Counted from the stretch's first letter, positions 27,252-55,087 are shown. The stretch: 64,000 nt of DNA from Amoebidium appalachense (GCA_963693365.1 CAVNZM010000006.1:4505264-4569263), one strand, 5' to 3'. Notes: a model not told the origin generated them from the letters alone. Translations and numbers: made by a program.

Positions 27252-27612
27252 ACACACACACAGGGAGGTGACCACCAACATGACATCCATCGCCTCCGAG
27301 GGTCGCGTTAAGGCACGTACACAGGCGGCGGCAGGGTTCCAATCGGGCAAGGCGTACGGGCACAATCTTGTGGAGAGATACGAGGAGATGATTGGCTATC
27401 TGGCCGGGGTGACGGTTGGGTCCAGCCAGGCCATGCTGGGGGCATACATCGAGGCCGCAAACCTGACGTGGAACATCGTGACCCAGTACGTGTTTTACGA
27501 AACCCCCCCGCCCCTCCCCCCCCCCCCCCCCCCAAAAAAAAAACAACATGACCCTCCCTTCTCCTTCGTTTCTGTTTCGCTCTCGGTCTCTTCTCTCACT
27601 CTCTCTCTCTCT

Positions 27613-27653
<41 letters not shown>

Positions 27654-28838
27654 TTCCCCCCCCCCCGTTTCTATGTCTCGGTAACAATCTCTTCTCCCCT
27701 CCCTCCCTGATCCCCACATCACGTCCCTCCGATCTGAGCCCATCTCTTTCCCAAGACAACAAGAAACAAAGACTTACAGACAAGGAATACCCCCCCCCCC
27801 CCCCCCCCAATTAAAAACCCCACCCTTTGCCCGTCTGTAATCGTCCCTCTTCGTTTCGGTCTTTTGTTGCTCCACCGCCATCATCTCTAACCCCACCCCC
27901 CCCCACACACACACCCCCTCCCCCCCCCCCCCCCCCCCCCCACCCCCTTTGTCCCCCTGGACTCTCCACCTCCATCCTTCCCTCCCTCCCTCCCTCCCTA
28001 CCTTCCCTCAATCTCTGCCAGTCTATCTCCCTTTCTTTCCTTCCATCCCCCTACACCCCTCCCCCCTCCCCCCCTAAAACAAATAAATAAATAAATAAAT
28101 AAAAAAAACAAACAGGGGCAGCAAGGCGGCTGTGGGCCTGTGGGTGGACCTTGCTGTGACGTCATTGGGGGTGGCTGCTACGGCTGCTGGCCGGGCCGGG
28201 GTGGAGGGTCAGGTGGGTCACGTGAGCATGGCATTTCTGACCGCATGCCTTGCAATTCTGGGGGGGTCCATAGCCAGTTGGGCCGTGGTGGGGCTCTCGT
28301 GGCCCGTGCTCTTGCTTACGATCCCCCCTGCTGGAGTTGCGGCGGTCGGATTTACAGCTGCCGTGGGCATGCAAGCAGTGGCGTTTCTGGGCGGGGCTGT
28401 TAGAGAGGCCCCCGAGGTGAGCATCGGCCCTAGCTGGTGCTCCACTCATGGCCGGAAATGGATAAATTGACAAATTTACCCCCCAAAATATACTTAATTG
28501 TTGAACCCCCCCCTCCTTCCCCTTCCTTCCCCTCCACCGACGTGCTGTTACAGTCACAATTCTTTTTCGAAATATGATTCTGGTTGACAAAAGGGACAAA
28601 AAGCGAAAGCTGCCAAAGCCACCTGTTATCTCTGTTATCACTTTTGTTAACTTGTTCTCTTTCTCTTTGCATTCCATCAAACCCCCCCCCCCCCCCCCCC
28701 CCCCCCAAAAAAAATAATAAATAAAAAAAACATCCCCATGACACTGTGGCATTCTTTTTCCACCCACCCCTCCCAGCACAACACCGAGCATTCTCCCTCC
28801 GTCTGCCCCCCCCCCCCCCCCCCCCCCCCCCTCCCCCT

Positions 28839-28870
<32 letters not shown>

Positions 28871-29685
28871 CCCCCCCCCCTCCCCCCCCCCCCTCCCCCC
28901 CCCCTCCCCCCCCCCCCCCCCCCCCCCCCCGGGCTCCCCACCCCTCCGCCCCCCTCCCACACACACCCTCCCTCCATCCCTGTACATAAGCACAAACGTA
29001 CACCGGCACACCTTCACATGGCACACACGCACTCACACATGTACAAACACGCGTGCACACACACACACAAGTGCACACACACACGTACACACACACACAC
29101 ACACGTACACAAGTACACGCACACACACACAGGTACACACGCACACACTCCCCCCCCCCCCCCCCCCCCCCCCACACATACACGTACACACACACGTGCA
29201 CACACGTACACACACGTGCAGGCACCCGAGCGCCAGCAGATCACGCTGACCACCCCCGAGGGTCTTGCTCACGCACGTGAGACCGGTGATCACGTGATCG
29301 AGTCTGCCGTCGACCGCATCAAGCACGTGGCAAGTGACGTCACCACCACAGCCGAGAATGCCGTGACCCGAATTGCCGATTCGGTTCAGCCCGTGGTGAA
29401 CCGGGTCAAGAGCGCGTACGAGACGGGCCGCCACAAGGTTGAAAACGCTGCCGGGAGGGTTGGGCGTGTGGCTGGCCATGCTCAGGTGCGAACCTCATCA
29501 TGATTCGAAGTTCTTTTTTGATTTTATTTATTTATTTATTTATTTTTTCAAACATTCGATTACATAACGCTTCCTTTTAGGTGGTCCTTCACAGATATAA
29601 GATTCACATAATTGCGCACATTTACCTCCCGAGACCCTCTTTTCCTTTTCCGTTTCCTTTTCCTCTATTTCCCCAAGACCCCCCC

Positions 29686-29716
<31 letters not shown>

Positions 29717-29847
29717 AAAAAAAAAAAAAAAAGGGAGGGGAGCCAAGGGGTGTGTGGGTTAGTTTCGTGGGTGCTTGTTTGTGTGGTGTGTAGTGGTGGC
29801 AGTTTGTGGGGATGAGTTTTGCCTACTTTTCAGGTGTGTGTGTGTGT

Positions 29848-29880
<33 letters not shown>

Positions 29881-29996
29881 GCGTGTGTGTGTGCGTGTGT
29901 GTGTTTTTTTTTTTTTTTTTTTTGGGGGGGGGGGGGGGGAGGGAGGGTGGACACTGTATGTGTGTGTGATGGGGTGTGTGTGTGTTTGGTGGTGGT

Positions 29997-30029
<33 letters not shown>

Positions 30030-30324
30030 TTATTTAACCACCAGCCCATTGTCCTTTCTCATGGTCCCTTACACTGGAGCACACTCACACACATACACAT
30101 GCCCACCGCTCCCAATCCCACATGTGTAATAACTTAAATACGGAAAGTTCCCCCCCACACACACATCCACCACCCCCATTGCCATATCCGGTGAAAATTT
30201 CTAAATATAACTATTTTCCACGCAGGGCCAAGGTGGGATTGGCGTCGGTGTGCACATGGAGGGAGGGGCCAAGGTACCCGAGGGGGCTGGTCCAGCTCAT
30301 GTCGAGGTCACACGTGAGGAGTGA
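25457..30324 (+). CDS. 422-aa protein with long central hydrophobic hairpin and amphipathic flanks (oleosin/lipid-droplet-like); exons 25457-25498, 26353-26693, 27264-27485, 28116-28416, 29222-29485, 30226-30324
   Basis: Six GT-AG exons sum to 1269 nt with consistent phases (0,2,2,0,0); in-frame TGA upstream of the ATG (25427), stop TGA 30322-30324. Exon 4 encodes [65 protein letters not shown]. Gene model is solid; function is inferred. Confidence 0.85.
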
Positions 30325-31160
30325 CATTACATACCCAAAAATGGCTATATGGGCACGTCTGTAGACCAATCATATGGCAGTACACTTTTCCCACATATGG
30401 CTAATTACACGTGGGATCACTGGTTGAATCACCTTCACGCAGGTCACTTTTTTTGGTGTTTTAGTTAAGTTTCTGTATACTATTTGGTGGGAGTGACCAA
30501 AACAGAACTTACTACTGTACGTGACCGTTTCAAGGCCACAACATTTCAAAACTGCAAAAGCGAATTCGGCCGTTTGTGTGGCCATGTACATGTACCCACT
30601 GTGTGTAACTTTGAAATACAGAGAAAGTTTTGCACCACGAAACAGTGCAAAACTTGATCGGTGAAAACACGCTCTCGTGTGCTAATGCAGATGCACCGTG
30701 ATTTGCCCATGTGTGCTTTGTCCAATAACAGTACGAGGCATGCTTTGCATAAGTTCTGCAAATAGTCTAGAACCAATGATCCGGAGACTAAAAGCCTCCT
30801 TAAGGGGGGGGGGGGGGGGGTTGTTGGAGACAAAAAAACACTCTGAAAAAAGTAGTAATAGTGATGGTTGTGTGAGGGAACTGAATGATAGTTTGTTTAA
30901 ACGGATCTGAAAACAGGAGGGCTAACGAGAAATTCTGAGAATCAATAACATGCACGTGCGTCGCAGCACTACCCGTGCGTGTTCACACACACACCACCTC
31001 GTTCCCTGCTTTGAAGAAGAAAACAAAACAAAAAAAACATACAAACACTTTTGACCGTCTATACAAGCCTACTGGGTGACCATTTAACCCTTATTAGAAC
31101 CCGTCCAGAATTCCATTCCATCAATCAGTAGTACATGTCGTACCAATCCCTCCCTCCCTT

Positions 31161-31192
<32 letters not shown>

Positions 31193-31368
31193 CCCCCCCC
31201 CCCCCCGCCTGAGCTCCGGCCTCTCTCCCTCTCTCCCTCCCGCTCTGCGAACAAACAAAAAAAGAAACTATTGAGAGAGAAAAAGAGAAAGAGAGAGGGG
31301 GGAAGGGCCGAGGGAGAGAGAGAGAGAGAGGGGGGAGGGATTGTTGGGGGGGGGGGGCTTTCACGTAC

Positions 31369-31412
<44 letters not shown>

Positions 31413-32074
31413 AAAAAGAAAAAAAGAAAAGAAGAAGAAGAAGAAAGAAAGTAGAGGGCCTAAGTGCACTGTGTGACGAAGTACTCATAATTCCAAAAGC
31501 GTTTGAAAAATCTGCATAGATTGCATGACTGTGACTGGAACATATTTTAACACGGGCTGTTGCCGGGGGGGGGGGGGGGGGGGGGGGAGGGGGGGGCAAG
31601 AGAAAGAAAAGACAAAAAAAAAAAAAAGCCATTTTGTTGCTTCCTGTATATTATAATTTTAAGGTGTTGGCCATGCCATAAATGAATAGAATAATAAATA
31701 ACTGTCTATATATGAATACAGTAAATGTTGGCCATGTCATGTGCACCACCCGTGTGCCATTAGGAGAATCTGTGTGTCAACATTCGTCCATACATGTACA
31801 ATGGCCATCATTATGACGTACTGGCCTCCATTGGCACATGTAGATTTTCTTCCTGTACCTTTACAACCCTATATGTTGTAGGAGGTGGTCATGTCAGGTG
31901 TGTGTAGTAAAAGCTCTTCCAGTATATATACATTACCAACATGTTGGCCCTTTGGCTCCAAGTCATTCATGGCCATGGTCGGCCGGCTGATGAGTCATGA
32001 TCGGTCATGATATCATGTTGTTGAGAAGTCATGAATCTATAAAATCGGTCATGGGTTTTGAATAAGTTTTTTCT

Positions 32075-32394
32075 ATAATGACTTTATTGATGTGCTCATG
32101 TGTTCGAAGGACACGAAAAAGAGATATCCCATATCTCGAGAGACTATTTTCGAGTCACTTAAATGAGAAGTAAGCTCACTGGAATACGGACCCAAAAGTA
32201 TAAAAATACAAAAAAACACTAAAGGCAGATAACGCACTAATGAAGACGATAAGTTGATATCTCGGCTGCCACAACAACAACAACAACAAAAAAAACCTCA
32301 ATAAAGGTGACCTAATATGAATTGAGTTTGAGTAAACACATACGTTAACAGCTAATTAGCATCGATGGCAGGGTACAAAATGAGAAGCTTGGGG
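32075..32394 (+). repeat. Dispersed single copy of the repeat that is tandemly amplified at 57100-59273
   Basis: tataatgactttattgatgtgctca...gatatctcggctgccacaac...aattagcatcgatggcagggtacaaaatgagaagcttgggg aligns with 57100-57450. Confidence 0.9.
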
Positions 32395-34317
32395 ATGGCT
32401 AGATTGCTCCATCAAAGCCACGAAGATGTCTAGGCTACAAACTGCAAGGAAGCCATCTGTAACTACTCTAGAGACAGAGCCCTCCCAAAACTCTATCACT
32501 GGAGCAGCACATGAGGTTTCGAAAGAGCAATACAGAACATGTAAGACTGCAGAACTACCTCAGGGGGCGCGGCGACAGGAGTAACCCTCCAAGGAGAATA
32601 GCAGCCAAATGAATGATTTTCAAAATGGGGGTTCAACTAAGTCATTCTGCGCGCTTTAACGTAAGTCTGTGCCGCGGCTACCAAAACCGATTTCCTTTGC
32701 CTTTGTGCCTGAAAAGACACGAAAGTATGAAATTCAAGTGCTACAGTATTACGCACAGCGTTGTGGGAAGCCTATGGAGATGCATGCATATAGTAAAACA
32801 CACCTCATGAGCTCGAGTGAGCCATAATATTTGTAGTACACAAACCCCCCCAAAAATCCACAAATATATAAATGTCCGAAATTAGCATGGTATAGATCCC
32901 TGACCTTTCAAAAGCCGACTGCGAGCCTCCGGAGCGAGCTGCACAGCTTTGTTGATGTAACCGACCAGTTTGCCTACAAAAGGTGTAGGTGCCTTATTTC
33001 CTTTCTCTTGTTCTAAGTTCTCAACCACTTCTTTGCGGAATTGTACCTAGAATAAACTGAACGTCTACAGTAAGGTGAGCTAGACGCTCGTGCGAGCTTG
33101 CTAAATTTCAACGTGACAAAACAGCATTTTCGCCTGTGAGCCATACACATTTTGCTCGATCAGCTAGTTTCTTTCGTCATTTTGCCTAGAAAGTATTGTA
33201 CGGATATACTCCCCTGAATATTCCAGCCGGTATGGCGGCTGTGTAGGCTCGACCATGTGGGAAGAGGTATTTTTGTGGGCCGTGACAGCAATGTTCACCA
33301 GTCTGCCCTTTATATAGCGCTACACCGGAAAATACTATCAGGTGGGTGTCAAGCACAACTCTACAAAAAAGGGAGGAAAAGGGGAGAGGGCAAGGGGATA
33401 GGAGAGAGTTGAGGGGAAGGGGAAGTGCGGGGGGAAGGGGAGGGAGGGAGGAAGAGAGAAAGGTGGGAGGGAGGGGGTGCTGGGTAGGTGTGTGGGGGTG
33501 TACCTCAAGAAACAACAGGCGAGTGTGAGAAAGGGCGTAGGGGTTTAGGGTGGTTGGGTAGGTAACAGGAGATTGAGGAGTGAGAGAGTGAGCTGGGGAT
33601 TGGTGGTTTGAGGGGGAGGGGGGGAGGGGGGCAGGGAGAGGGGGGGGGGGGGGGGGGGGGGCAGGGGGAGGGGGAGGGGAGGAGTGGGAAATGATCATGG
33701 CCGGGCGAAGTTTTACAAGCATACGGGTGCCCTTCATTCACGAATTATGCGCGAGAATTACGTGCTTGGGCATTCCTACCACCAAGCATTGCACGATCGT
33801 GTGTTTACATCTCCGCTTTGCACAAGCAAATTTTTTGGGCATGATTTAACGGAGTGTATTCGTTCCCTCATATAGTATTGCCTCTGGTGTGATCGACTAT
33901 CATTATGCAAAGCTATAACCCCTCGTCCCTCTTCCCCCCCCCCCTCCCCCCCCCCCCCTCTCCCCCCCCCGCCCCCTCCCCCCCCCCCCCCCCCCCCCCC
34001 TCCCCCCCCCCCCTCTCCCCCCTCCCACCCTTCCCCCTCTTCGCGGTGTCTTCTCATTCTGGCTCGGACTTGGAATTGAGGTGCCCTTTTGGAAAACGGT
34101 TCATTCACATCAGTTCTTTGCCTTGCTTCCGCTTAGATTTTCCGTGTTTGTCAGTTGCAAATGCGGGCTCTCATATATTGTCTATGCTACAAGCTGAAGC
34201 TGGCACCACACAATTGCATCCCCCCCCCCCCCCCCCCCCAACTAAAAAAAAAAAAAAAAAACAGCCAGAATCCGATCCGCCTTTAGGGTAACGTTTTGCG
34301 TAATCGCAGTGTCACCC

Positions 34318-47300
<12,983 letters not shown>

Positions 47301-50219
47301 GATTAGATTGCTAAACGCGCGATTTGCGAATGTTTGATGCTGAAATTTGAAGCGTAGGTTATTGTTTTTATAAGCCCAAGGTATTATTGGTTGGTATCTT
47401 GATCTATATCGAAAAATACCGTGTCTTGTGGCTTGAGCCTTGAGGCACGTTTTTCAGGTGATATGAAAGTTGTCATGGTACTGGAATTGCATATCTTTTA
47501 GTTGGTGATGCATGTGGGTCCATTCCCTTTCCCAACCGAGGGAGATGGGGGGAGGGGGGGGGGGGGGGGGGATGGCCTGATTTTATGCCCTTGTTTTTAA
47601 ATGGGTATGTGAAGGAATGGTTCTTTCTTCACGGTATCATACTGTGCACAATTATTGGACACCTAAATAGAACAAACATAAATTTTTGTGCATGTCTAGT
47701 GACTTTGCACTTCGGTTGAATGAAGTTGAGAAATACAAGGCTAGGACCAAAAAAAGTGATTGGGACTCGGTGATATTTGCCCAGTGATGTTTGCTTTCAG
47801 AATTGTCGCACATCCCCCCCCCCCCCCCCCCCCCCCCCCAACACACACACACATACACACACACACACACACAAATCAATCGCCCATGATATGTAGCTCA
47901 CAGTTGCGCTCCTGCCCTCCACAAACATGTGTATTCAACTAAAAGGGGGAACCTTTACGAAGTCGGTAAAAGTCCCTGTTCGTCCTTTTTTCAGTGTTAA
48001 AAGCCTTAGTAATACATTGAGGGCCAAAGCCGTGGTGTAGTGATAGCCGCAGTGGCTCTGTACACAATACTTGTGTCACGTTTACTAGTTAACAAAAAAC
48101 AAACATGGCTTCCGTTCACATTCCACGCGTCGGTGCTCGCACTGCTCACAGTGAGTGCCAGCCTACACCCTACGGAGACACAGCAAACCCCCCCCCCACC
48201 CCCCCCCCCCCCCCTCCCCCCCTCTCCCTTCCCCTCCCTCTCGTTGCTCCCCTTCCCCCTCACACCCCACCAACACATGCGCACACACACACACGTGTAC
48301 ACACACATGATGACATACCCACACACAAAGTTAACGTGTACTGTACATACACATGCCGCAACACATGATGGAATAGGCACACACATGCACACACACGTGT
48401 ACACACACATTGGTGGTATACACACACAAACCGTGACGTACGCGTGTACACACACATGATATGGCATACATGTACACTTGCACGCACGCACACGGCCACC
48501 ACCAGCAGCAGCCCCATTACGTATCACCACGCGTACGGGTTTCATGAACAAACAGTGACAAACAGTGACTACGGTAACCCCCAACTCAAACAACAGCCAA
48601 TATATACGTACCCGTCATTTCAGCCCCCCGTCTCCCCGCCCGCCCTCCCCCCTCCCCCCCCCCCCCCTCCCCCCCCCGCCCCCCCGCAAAGCAGCGAGCC
48701 ACGCCACTATAGGGGCTCCGGTGTGTATATCCCACACATGTAGTTTTGTGGTGTGTGGCCCAGAGGATACACCAGCTACTAGGGGGACAATTCCAGGAGT
48801 CATACAAACATGCAAAACTACTACTGTTGCCGAGGAGGAAGGCAGCTCAGTGGCACAATAAGAGAGTGTGTGGAAGCGTGTAGTAAAGAGATAATTATGT
48901 GTGCGGGGCCATAATAAGTGAGTGCCTATACAGCTCCTATTATAGGAATACTATCAATAGAGTTTATATGTAATGCAGATTGAAAGAACATATGGACACT
49001 GCAAGATGAAGTGCAGTATGTATTACGCAAGGAGCTGTGATACAGGTATTGCGACAGATTACGTAATGTAAGCTAAATATATAACTAGGTACTATGTTCG
49101 CTATATCTCTCAAGTCATGGCGTCGTTGAATCTCCGGGATCAAGACGGCTTTTGGAATATTTACGTCCAAGAATTTAAGGAACCTTTTTGCGGCGTGACG
49201 TTAGATCACGGCCCTCTGAAAAAAAGAGGGCCGTGGTTAGATGCACCGGCGTGCACATGGTTCTGGAATGTGACTGCGGATAGCGAAGTATCCAAGATCT
49301 CGAAACAACCAATAGGAATAATAGAAAATCTTTTCCCACGGCAGGGTTGGGCTGGGGTTGGCCAGCTTAACCGTATTGTCCTTTGGCCAATCGGAACGGA
49401 CAGTTTCTTAATCGTAAGGGGGGGGTTCTTGGGGATCTGCAAGCCCAGCAAAAAACGCCCCTCCAGTCACAAAACTCAAAATGCGCGTTTTTACAAATTA
49501 AGTATCGCATAATTACAAGCCCTGGACACTTGTCGGGGTTCGATATTGTTTATGAGAAGTGCTGTAGATATGTTCTTGAACAGAAATATTGAAAAAATTA
49601 GGTACAATTATATATTAGGGGGCCTTAAAGCGTTTATAATGCTATACATCTGATTCGAATGCTGTTACGACGGCACCCTAACGTTATTCGTATGGGGGTC
49701 TTTCGTTAATCGTAATTACGACGATCTTTTTTCTTAATTCCGGGCCCCCCCTTGTCCTGTCCCACGGATTGATCTGATTGGTTATCCTTATCAGGATTCA
49801 GCACCTCCATCTTTCCACGGCCCTCTGAGGGCCGTGACTTTCATCAAGCTTTCACGTGTGTCTTTTTGACATTGTAGTAACCCGTATACATTAGAATGAT
49901 TTTCTTCCTGAGAGACGACTAGAGAATACATATTTGATTATAATTCATAATGTATTCGTTGAATTGTTTTGTAGTTTGAATTTATTTAGTCGTCCTATGG
50001 ACACGATTCAATCGGCTCCAAAGTCACTGGCTTCTTTTGATTCGTTGCTTTTCTTTTACACTCCTCTCTTGCAGCAGCCAGTATAAATGGCGCTGCCCTG
50101 ACGGTTTTCAAAGCATTTGGCACTGTGCAGCCAGAACTTCCAGAAGGCGAGCACACAAGGAAACGTCCAAGCACTTGCATATTAATACGTGACACCGTTG
50201 CGCCCCTGCATATATCTGA

Positions 50220-51447
50220 GTGTTTTATTGTGTGTCTGTCTGTGGTGTGCATGTTGGTACAAATACCAGTGTGTCCAGCCAGATAATACATTTATTTGGC
50301 CCCCCTGCTCGTATTATTGGTGATACCACTGGAGACCCCCTCATAGACTCTGATAAGTATTTCTCGGAACTGTTTAAAGATAGGACCCCCGCTCAGAAAC
50401 CTATTGTGTGGCCTGTAGACCCATCTATCCCCATAGAATCGATCCTCCCCTTTTTCAGTCCCGATATATCGATACCATATGGTCTGTGATATCTAGTTAT
50501 AGCTCTAGTAAGTCTTGTGGACCTGAGGGACTCCCTGCTGGGTTTCTTAAAATCCTTGTTCCCTCCTACCCACAAAAGGAAAGTGATCGTGCTATTAAAC
50601 CTGATCACTATTATGTTAAGCTCTCTCTTTTCTTGGTGTGTTAAATGTGGACATGTCCCGTCATCTTGGTTAGATACCTTAGTGATCCCCATAGTTAAGA
50701 AGGACTCTGAGGGCCCCATATCATCCTTTCGCCCCATCACACTAACTTAGGTTGTTCGTAGATTCTTTAAATTTGAAGCTTGCTTACTTAGGTTATTTGC
50801 ACATCACCCTAGGTTTCAATCTATTCTTCACATACACCCATGCCAATCCGCTTTTCGTAAAAACAATTCATGTTATGTTCAAATAATGGCACTGCACGAT
50901 TCTATGCAAGTTGGTGCACGATATGTTGGTTTTATTGATTGGAAAACTGCTTACGATTCTGTCTCCCCTGGTCTCCTATGGGAAAAGCTTGCTGCACGGG
51001 GTGTACCACACTGCATTGGTGTTCTGTTAGAAGCACTCTTGTCTCAAACCTATGGTAGAGCTGTGGTTAATGGGCATCTTTCGTATGGTTTTGCTCGTAC
51101 TAGAGGTCTCTTGCCGGGCTTCATTGTTTAGCCCCTTTTTGTTTAACCTATTTATAGATGATTTGGCTGTCAAGATTTATGCCGAAAACGATGACCTTAT
51201 TAATAACTTTCCGCCTGCACTTCTCTATGCTGATGATCTGTCCCTCCTTGCCCGTACCCCTAGACGCCTGCAAAGATTGTTCGATGTAGTGTCAGAGTGG
51301 TGCAAGGCAAACCTGATGATCCTTAACATAGACAAATGTGGTGTTCTTGTACCTGATATAGCTAACAATTTACACACATTTACATTATCATCTAAACCTG
51401 TACCTATAGTTCCAGAATACAAATATCTTGGTGTTCCCCCCATCCAG
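50220..51447 (+). mobile_element. Decayed non-LTR retrotransposon (LINE) reverse transcriptase with frameshifts and stops
   Basis: Ordered RT motifs: KSCGPEG (0), VPSSW..TLVIPIVKK...FRPITL (1-2), HPCQSAFR, FIDWKTAYDSV (3), RGLL.G.LFSPFLFNLFIDDL (4), LLYADDL (5), NIDKCGVL (6), YKYLGVP (7). Possible APE remnants upstream (ILGGLKA ~49613, RIDLI ~49765). Confidence 0.92.
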
Positions 51448-51452
51448 CATAG

Positions 51453-51549
<97 letters not shown>

Positions 51550-51650
51550 CGCGTGCGTGTGTGCGTGTGTACGTTTGTGTGTGCAGCCTGTCATGCATGC
51601 CAGGGAGGTGTGTGTGTCCGAAAACTATGATGCCTGTTGTGTGCTTGTGC

Positions 51651-51704
<54 letters not shown>

Positions 51705-52134
51705 CGCGTGTTGTGTGTGTTGGTATGTGTGTGTGTTTGTATTGTGTATTTTTGTGTGTGTATGCGTTCTGCAATCTATGAACACACATACACCATGAAT
51801 CACAGGTTGTACAGACACACTCAGACACACACACACACACACACAGGCGGCACATGGCATGACCGTGCACAGACGCGTGGCGGAGAGTGCCTATGCAGAG
51901 GCTTCTTGCAGACACAAAATAACTTTTATGGACCGTAGCCAGTCACAGCAACATGCAGACTAGCCTCATAGGTACACACATACATATGCTCACAGCCACA
52001 CATGCCCAAGGCACACATAGACACAACCACACCCGTGTGTGCCCTTGCACACGCTCACTTGCAAGAACAGTCGGGCACGTGCGCAAATGACCGCACGCAC
52101 ACACAAACACACACACACACACACACACAAACAT

Positions 52135-52247
<113 letters not shown>

Positions 52248-52399
52248 CACACACACACATGCACATGCACGCTCACACATGCACGCACACAAACATTCGC
52301 TCACACATCCCACACACCCCCACAGTCCAGCACACCAGCATAGTCATGTATCTGCCTGCACCTTGTGCCACCCAGCCACCCTAACCCCTTTTCCATCAG

Positions 52400-52744
52400 G
52401 CTGAGCAGCATGCCAGCCACCTGGGCCAGTTTGTGGACAATGCCAATCTGCACACGCTGCTGCTGGTTATTGAGCGCAACGACACACTGTGGCGGGTCGT
52501 AAACCACACGTTAGTGGACCAGCCCTATGCCAGCCTGCTGGCTGCCAGTCCGGCCGACTGTGCCCGGGCGTGCGAGGCTGCGGCTCTGTGTGTGTGCTGG
52601 GTGCTGGACCCGGACCAGCGCTGCCACCTGCACGACCGCTGCCTCCGCAGAGAGCTGAGGCAAGCAGCAGGGCACACGTGTGGGTGGGTGTACCTGTGCA
52701 GAAGTCGTGCTAGGGGAGTAGCACAACATGGCACGGGGCCATAG
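52400..52744 (+). pseudogene. Orphan terminal exon encoding a PAN/Apple domain; preceding exon-like segment 51847-51971
   Basis: Branch cctaac + pyrimidine tract + CAG acceptor at 52399; frame reads SPADCARACEAAALCVCWVLDPDQRCHLHD...GHTCG (PAN C-x3-C-x5-C-x-x-W...C-x-L pattern); no 5' exons found, the LINE lies directly upstream. Confidence 0.65.
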
Positions 52745-53210
52745 GTGGGTCTACCAGATTCACACGGGCAAAAAGCTGGTGCCCCCCCTGTGGGAGCAGT
52801 TATATAGGACCCAGGCCAGAGGCACAAATCAAAGGATGAATATGCACGTATGGACTGGTACGAACTATTGAACACTAGTCACCCAGGGGGTGTGGGGCCG
52901 TGTGGGGCAATTCTAATGGCCAATATGCACTATTGTGGTGCTTCTTCAGGCTGCATGATTAGACTGAAACCTTGTAGCTGTACAGTGAGGTTGAACTGGA
53001 CGGGCACACCTGCGGCCCAATAGCACCCATTAGAGTAAATAAACCCCTTTTCCTGGTGAAATGGGTGGCAGTACCATTTGCAGCAGATGCTTGCTGCCAA
53101 AAAGCATGGGATCAACGGCCGAGAGCTTGTTGAATTCACCATCTCAGAGTACGCCATATGCATGGGCTAGCAAGAGCCCCTTTTCTTCGATTTATACTCA
53201 CACGCACGCG

Positions 53211-53251
<41 letters not shown>

Positions 53252-53286
53252 AGCACCACCACCACAAAATTATAACCACCATCGCA

Positions 53287-53357
<71 letters not shown>

Positions 53358-53429
53358 AGCATGCACTCTCAGTTACACAAGGGCTTCTTCGAACGAGAAC
53401 GTTTTTTTATTTTATTTTTTTTTATTTTT

Positions 53430-53854
53430 TGGTCTATGTTAGGCCCAAAGTTTAAGATCTCTCAATTCTCCTTTTCTCCATTTATTTCCAGCCAGAAAAC
53501 ATTCACATCAATCACACAAGCACAGGCTCATATCTTGAAACCCCCCAAGGAAATTGAAGGGGAGTTCCACCTGTCCACCAAAGATATAAAGGCAGCTGAA
53601 TTTGAGTTCTACTCCAACTGGACTTCGCTTTGCACCCCCAAATGGAAGAGTGAGACCCCCCTCCCCCCCCCCCCCCCCCTCCCCCCCCCCCCCTCCCCCC
53701 CCTCCCCTTTCTACATTCTTAATGAAAATGGTCATTGCTTAATATGCTTACTATTGAGATGATTTGGCTGTACGCATAACGCTTTTTGCCCTGCCCCGTG
53801 TCTCTTATCATGTAGTTGCATTGAATTGTACTTCGTATTATGTACCCTATTCAG

Positions 53855-53887
<33 letters not shown>

Positions 53888-53906
53888 CCCCCAACACACA
53901 CACACA

Positions 53907-53967
<61 letters not shown>

Positions 53968-54568
53968 GCACCCACCGACCCACCCCCATGTCCCTGCACT
54001 CTTTCACCATACATCAGTACGCCCAAGTCCTCGTGTTTTCATGTGTTGGTCCGCGGATGTGTGTGTGTGTGTGTGTGTTTGTGCTTGTGTGTCTGTATGT
54101 CGGTCTCTGTGCTTTGGTTGTGTGTGTGTTTGGGACAGGAAGGTGGGTGCGGGGGGAACGACGGGGGCAATGTGAGAGACGCCAGACCTGGTCTAAAGGA
54201 GCTATAGTAGCAATTGTGTATGTAGGTGTTCTTGTCGTTCCCTCCTTCGTTTTCTTTTTCATTTTCTCTTCATTCACGGGCAGAAAGGAAAGGAGGAGGG
54301 ATGGGGGGGGAAAGTGGTGTAAAAGAGGGGTCCGGGACGCTATGTAGCACATGAAGCCAAGGACGCGTTGTAGATTGCGTGTACTCCAAAGGGTTAAGAA
54401 GAAAAACTAACGGCTGCTTGTGTTTGCCTCGAAGGTTTATGCCGTTCTTCCAACGGGTTCACCAGGTTTGCAACCCCCCCCCCCCTCGCCCCCCCCTCGC
54501 CGCGGCCAAAGCTCTGAGTATAAAGAAGAAAAAGAGAAACACCACCCGTTTGGCTACTCCGGCATATG

Positions 54569-54620
<52 letters not shown>

Positions 54621-55087
54621 AAAAAAAAAAAAAAAAACCTCTTTGGAAAAAAAAATAAAGCCAACCAACTATGAGAGTCAGGAGAAACAAGAAAAGAAAT
54701 ACTGGAAGTGTCCATGAATGTGGTATGGCACACTGTGACCTACAAGGACTCATTCTTCAGGGTTTGCTGTGGATTTGGCCCCTCCCCCCCCCCTCTCCCC
54801 CCCCCCCCCCCCCCCCCCCCTCCCTAACGTCCTTTCTCTCGCTCGACCATGGCTTCGCCTCAATGGTCATGTTCCTGACCCCCCCCCCCCCCCCCCCCTC
54901 CCCCCCCACACACACACACATGCACATACACACACCACACACACACACACCACACACAGGCACATTATACGAACACACAAACACACACACGTGCAGTCGC
55001 ACAAACACACACGCGCGCACGCACGCACGCACGCACGCGCACACACACACGCGCGCATACACACACACACACACACACACACACCGT

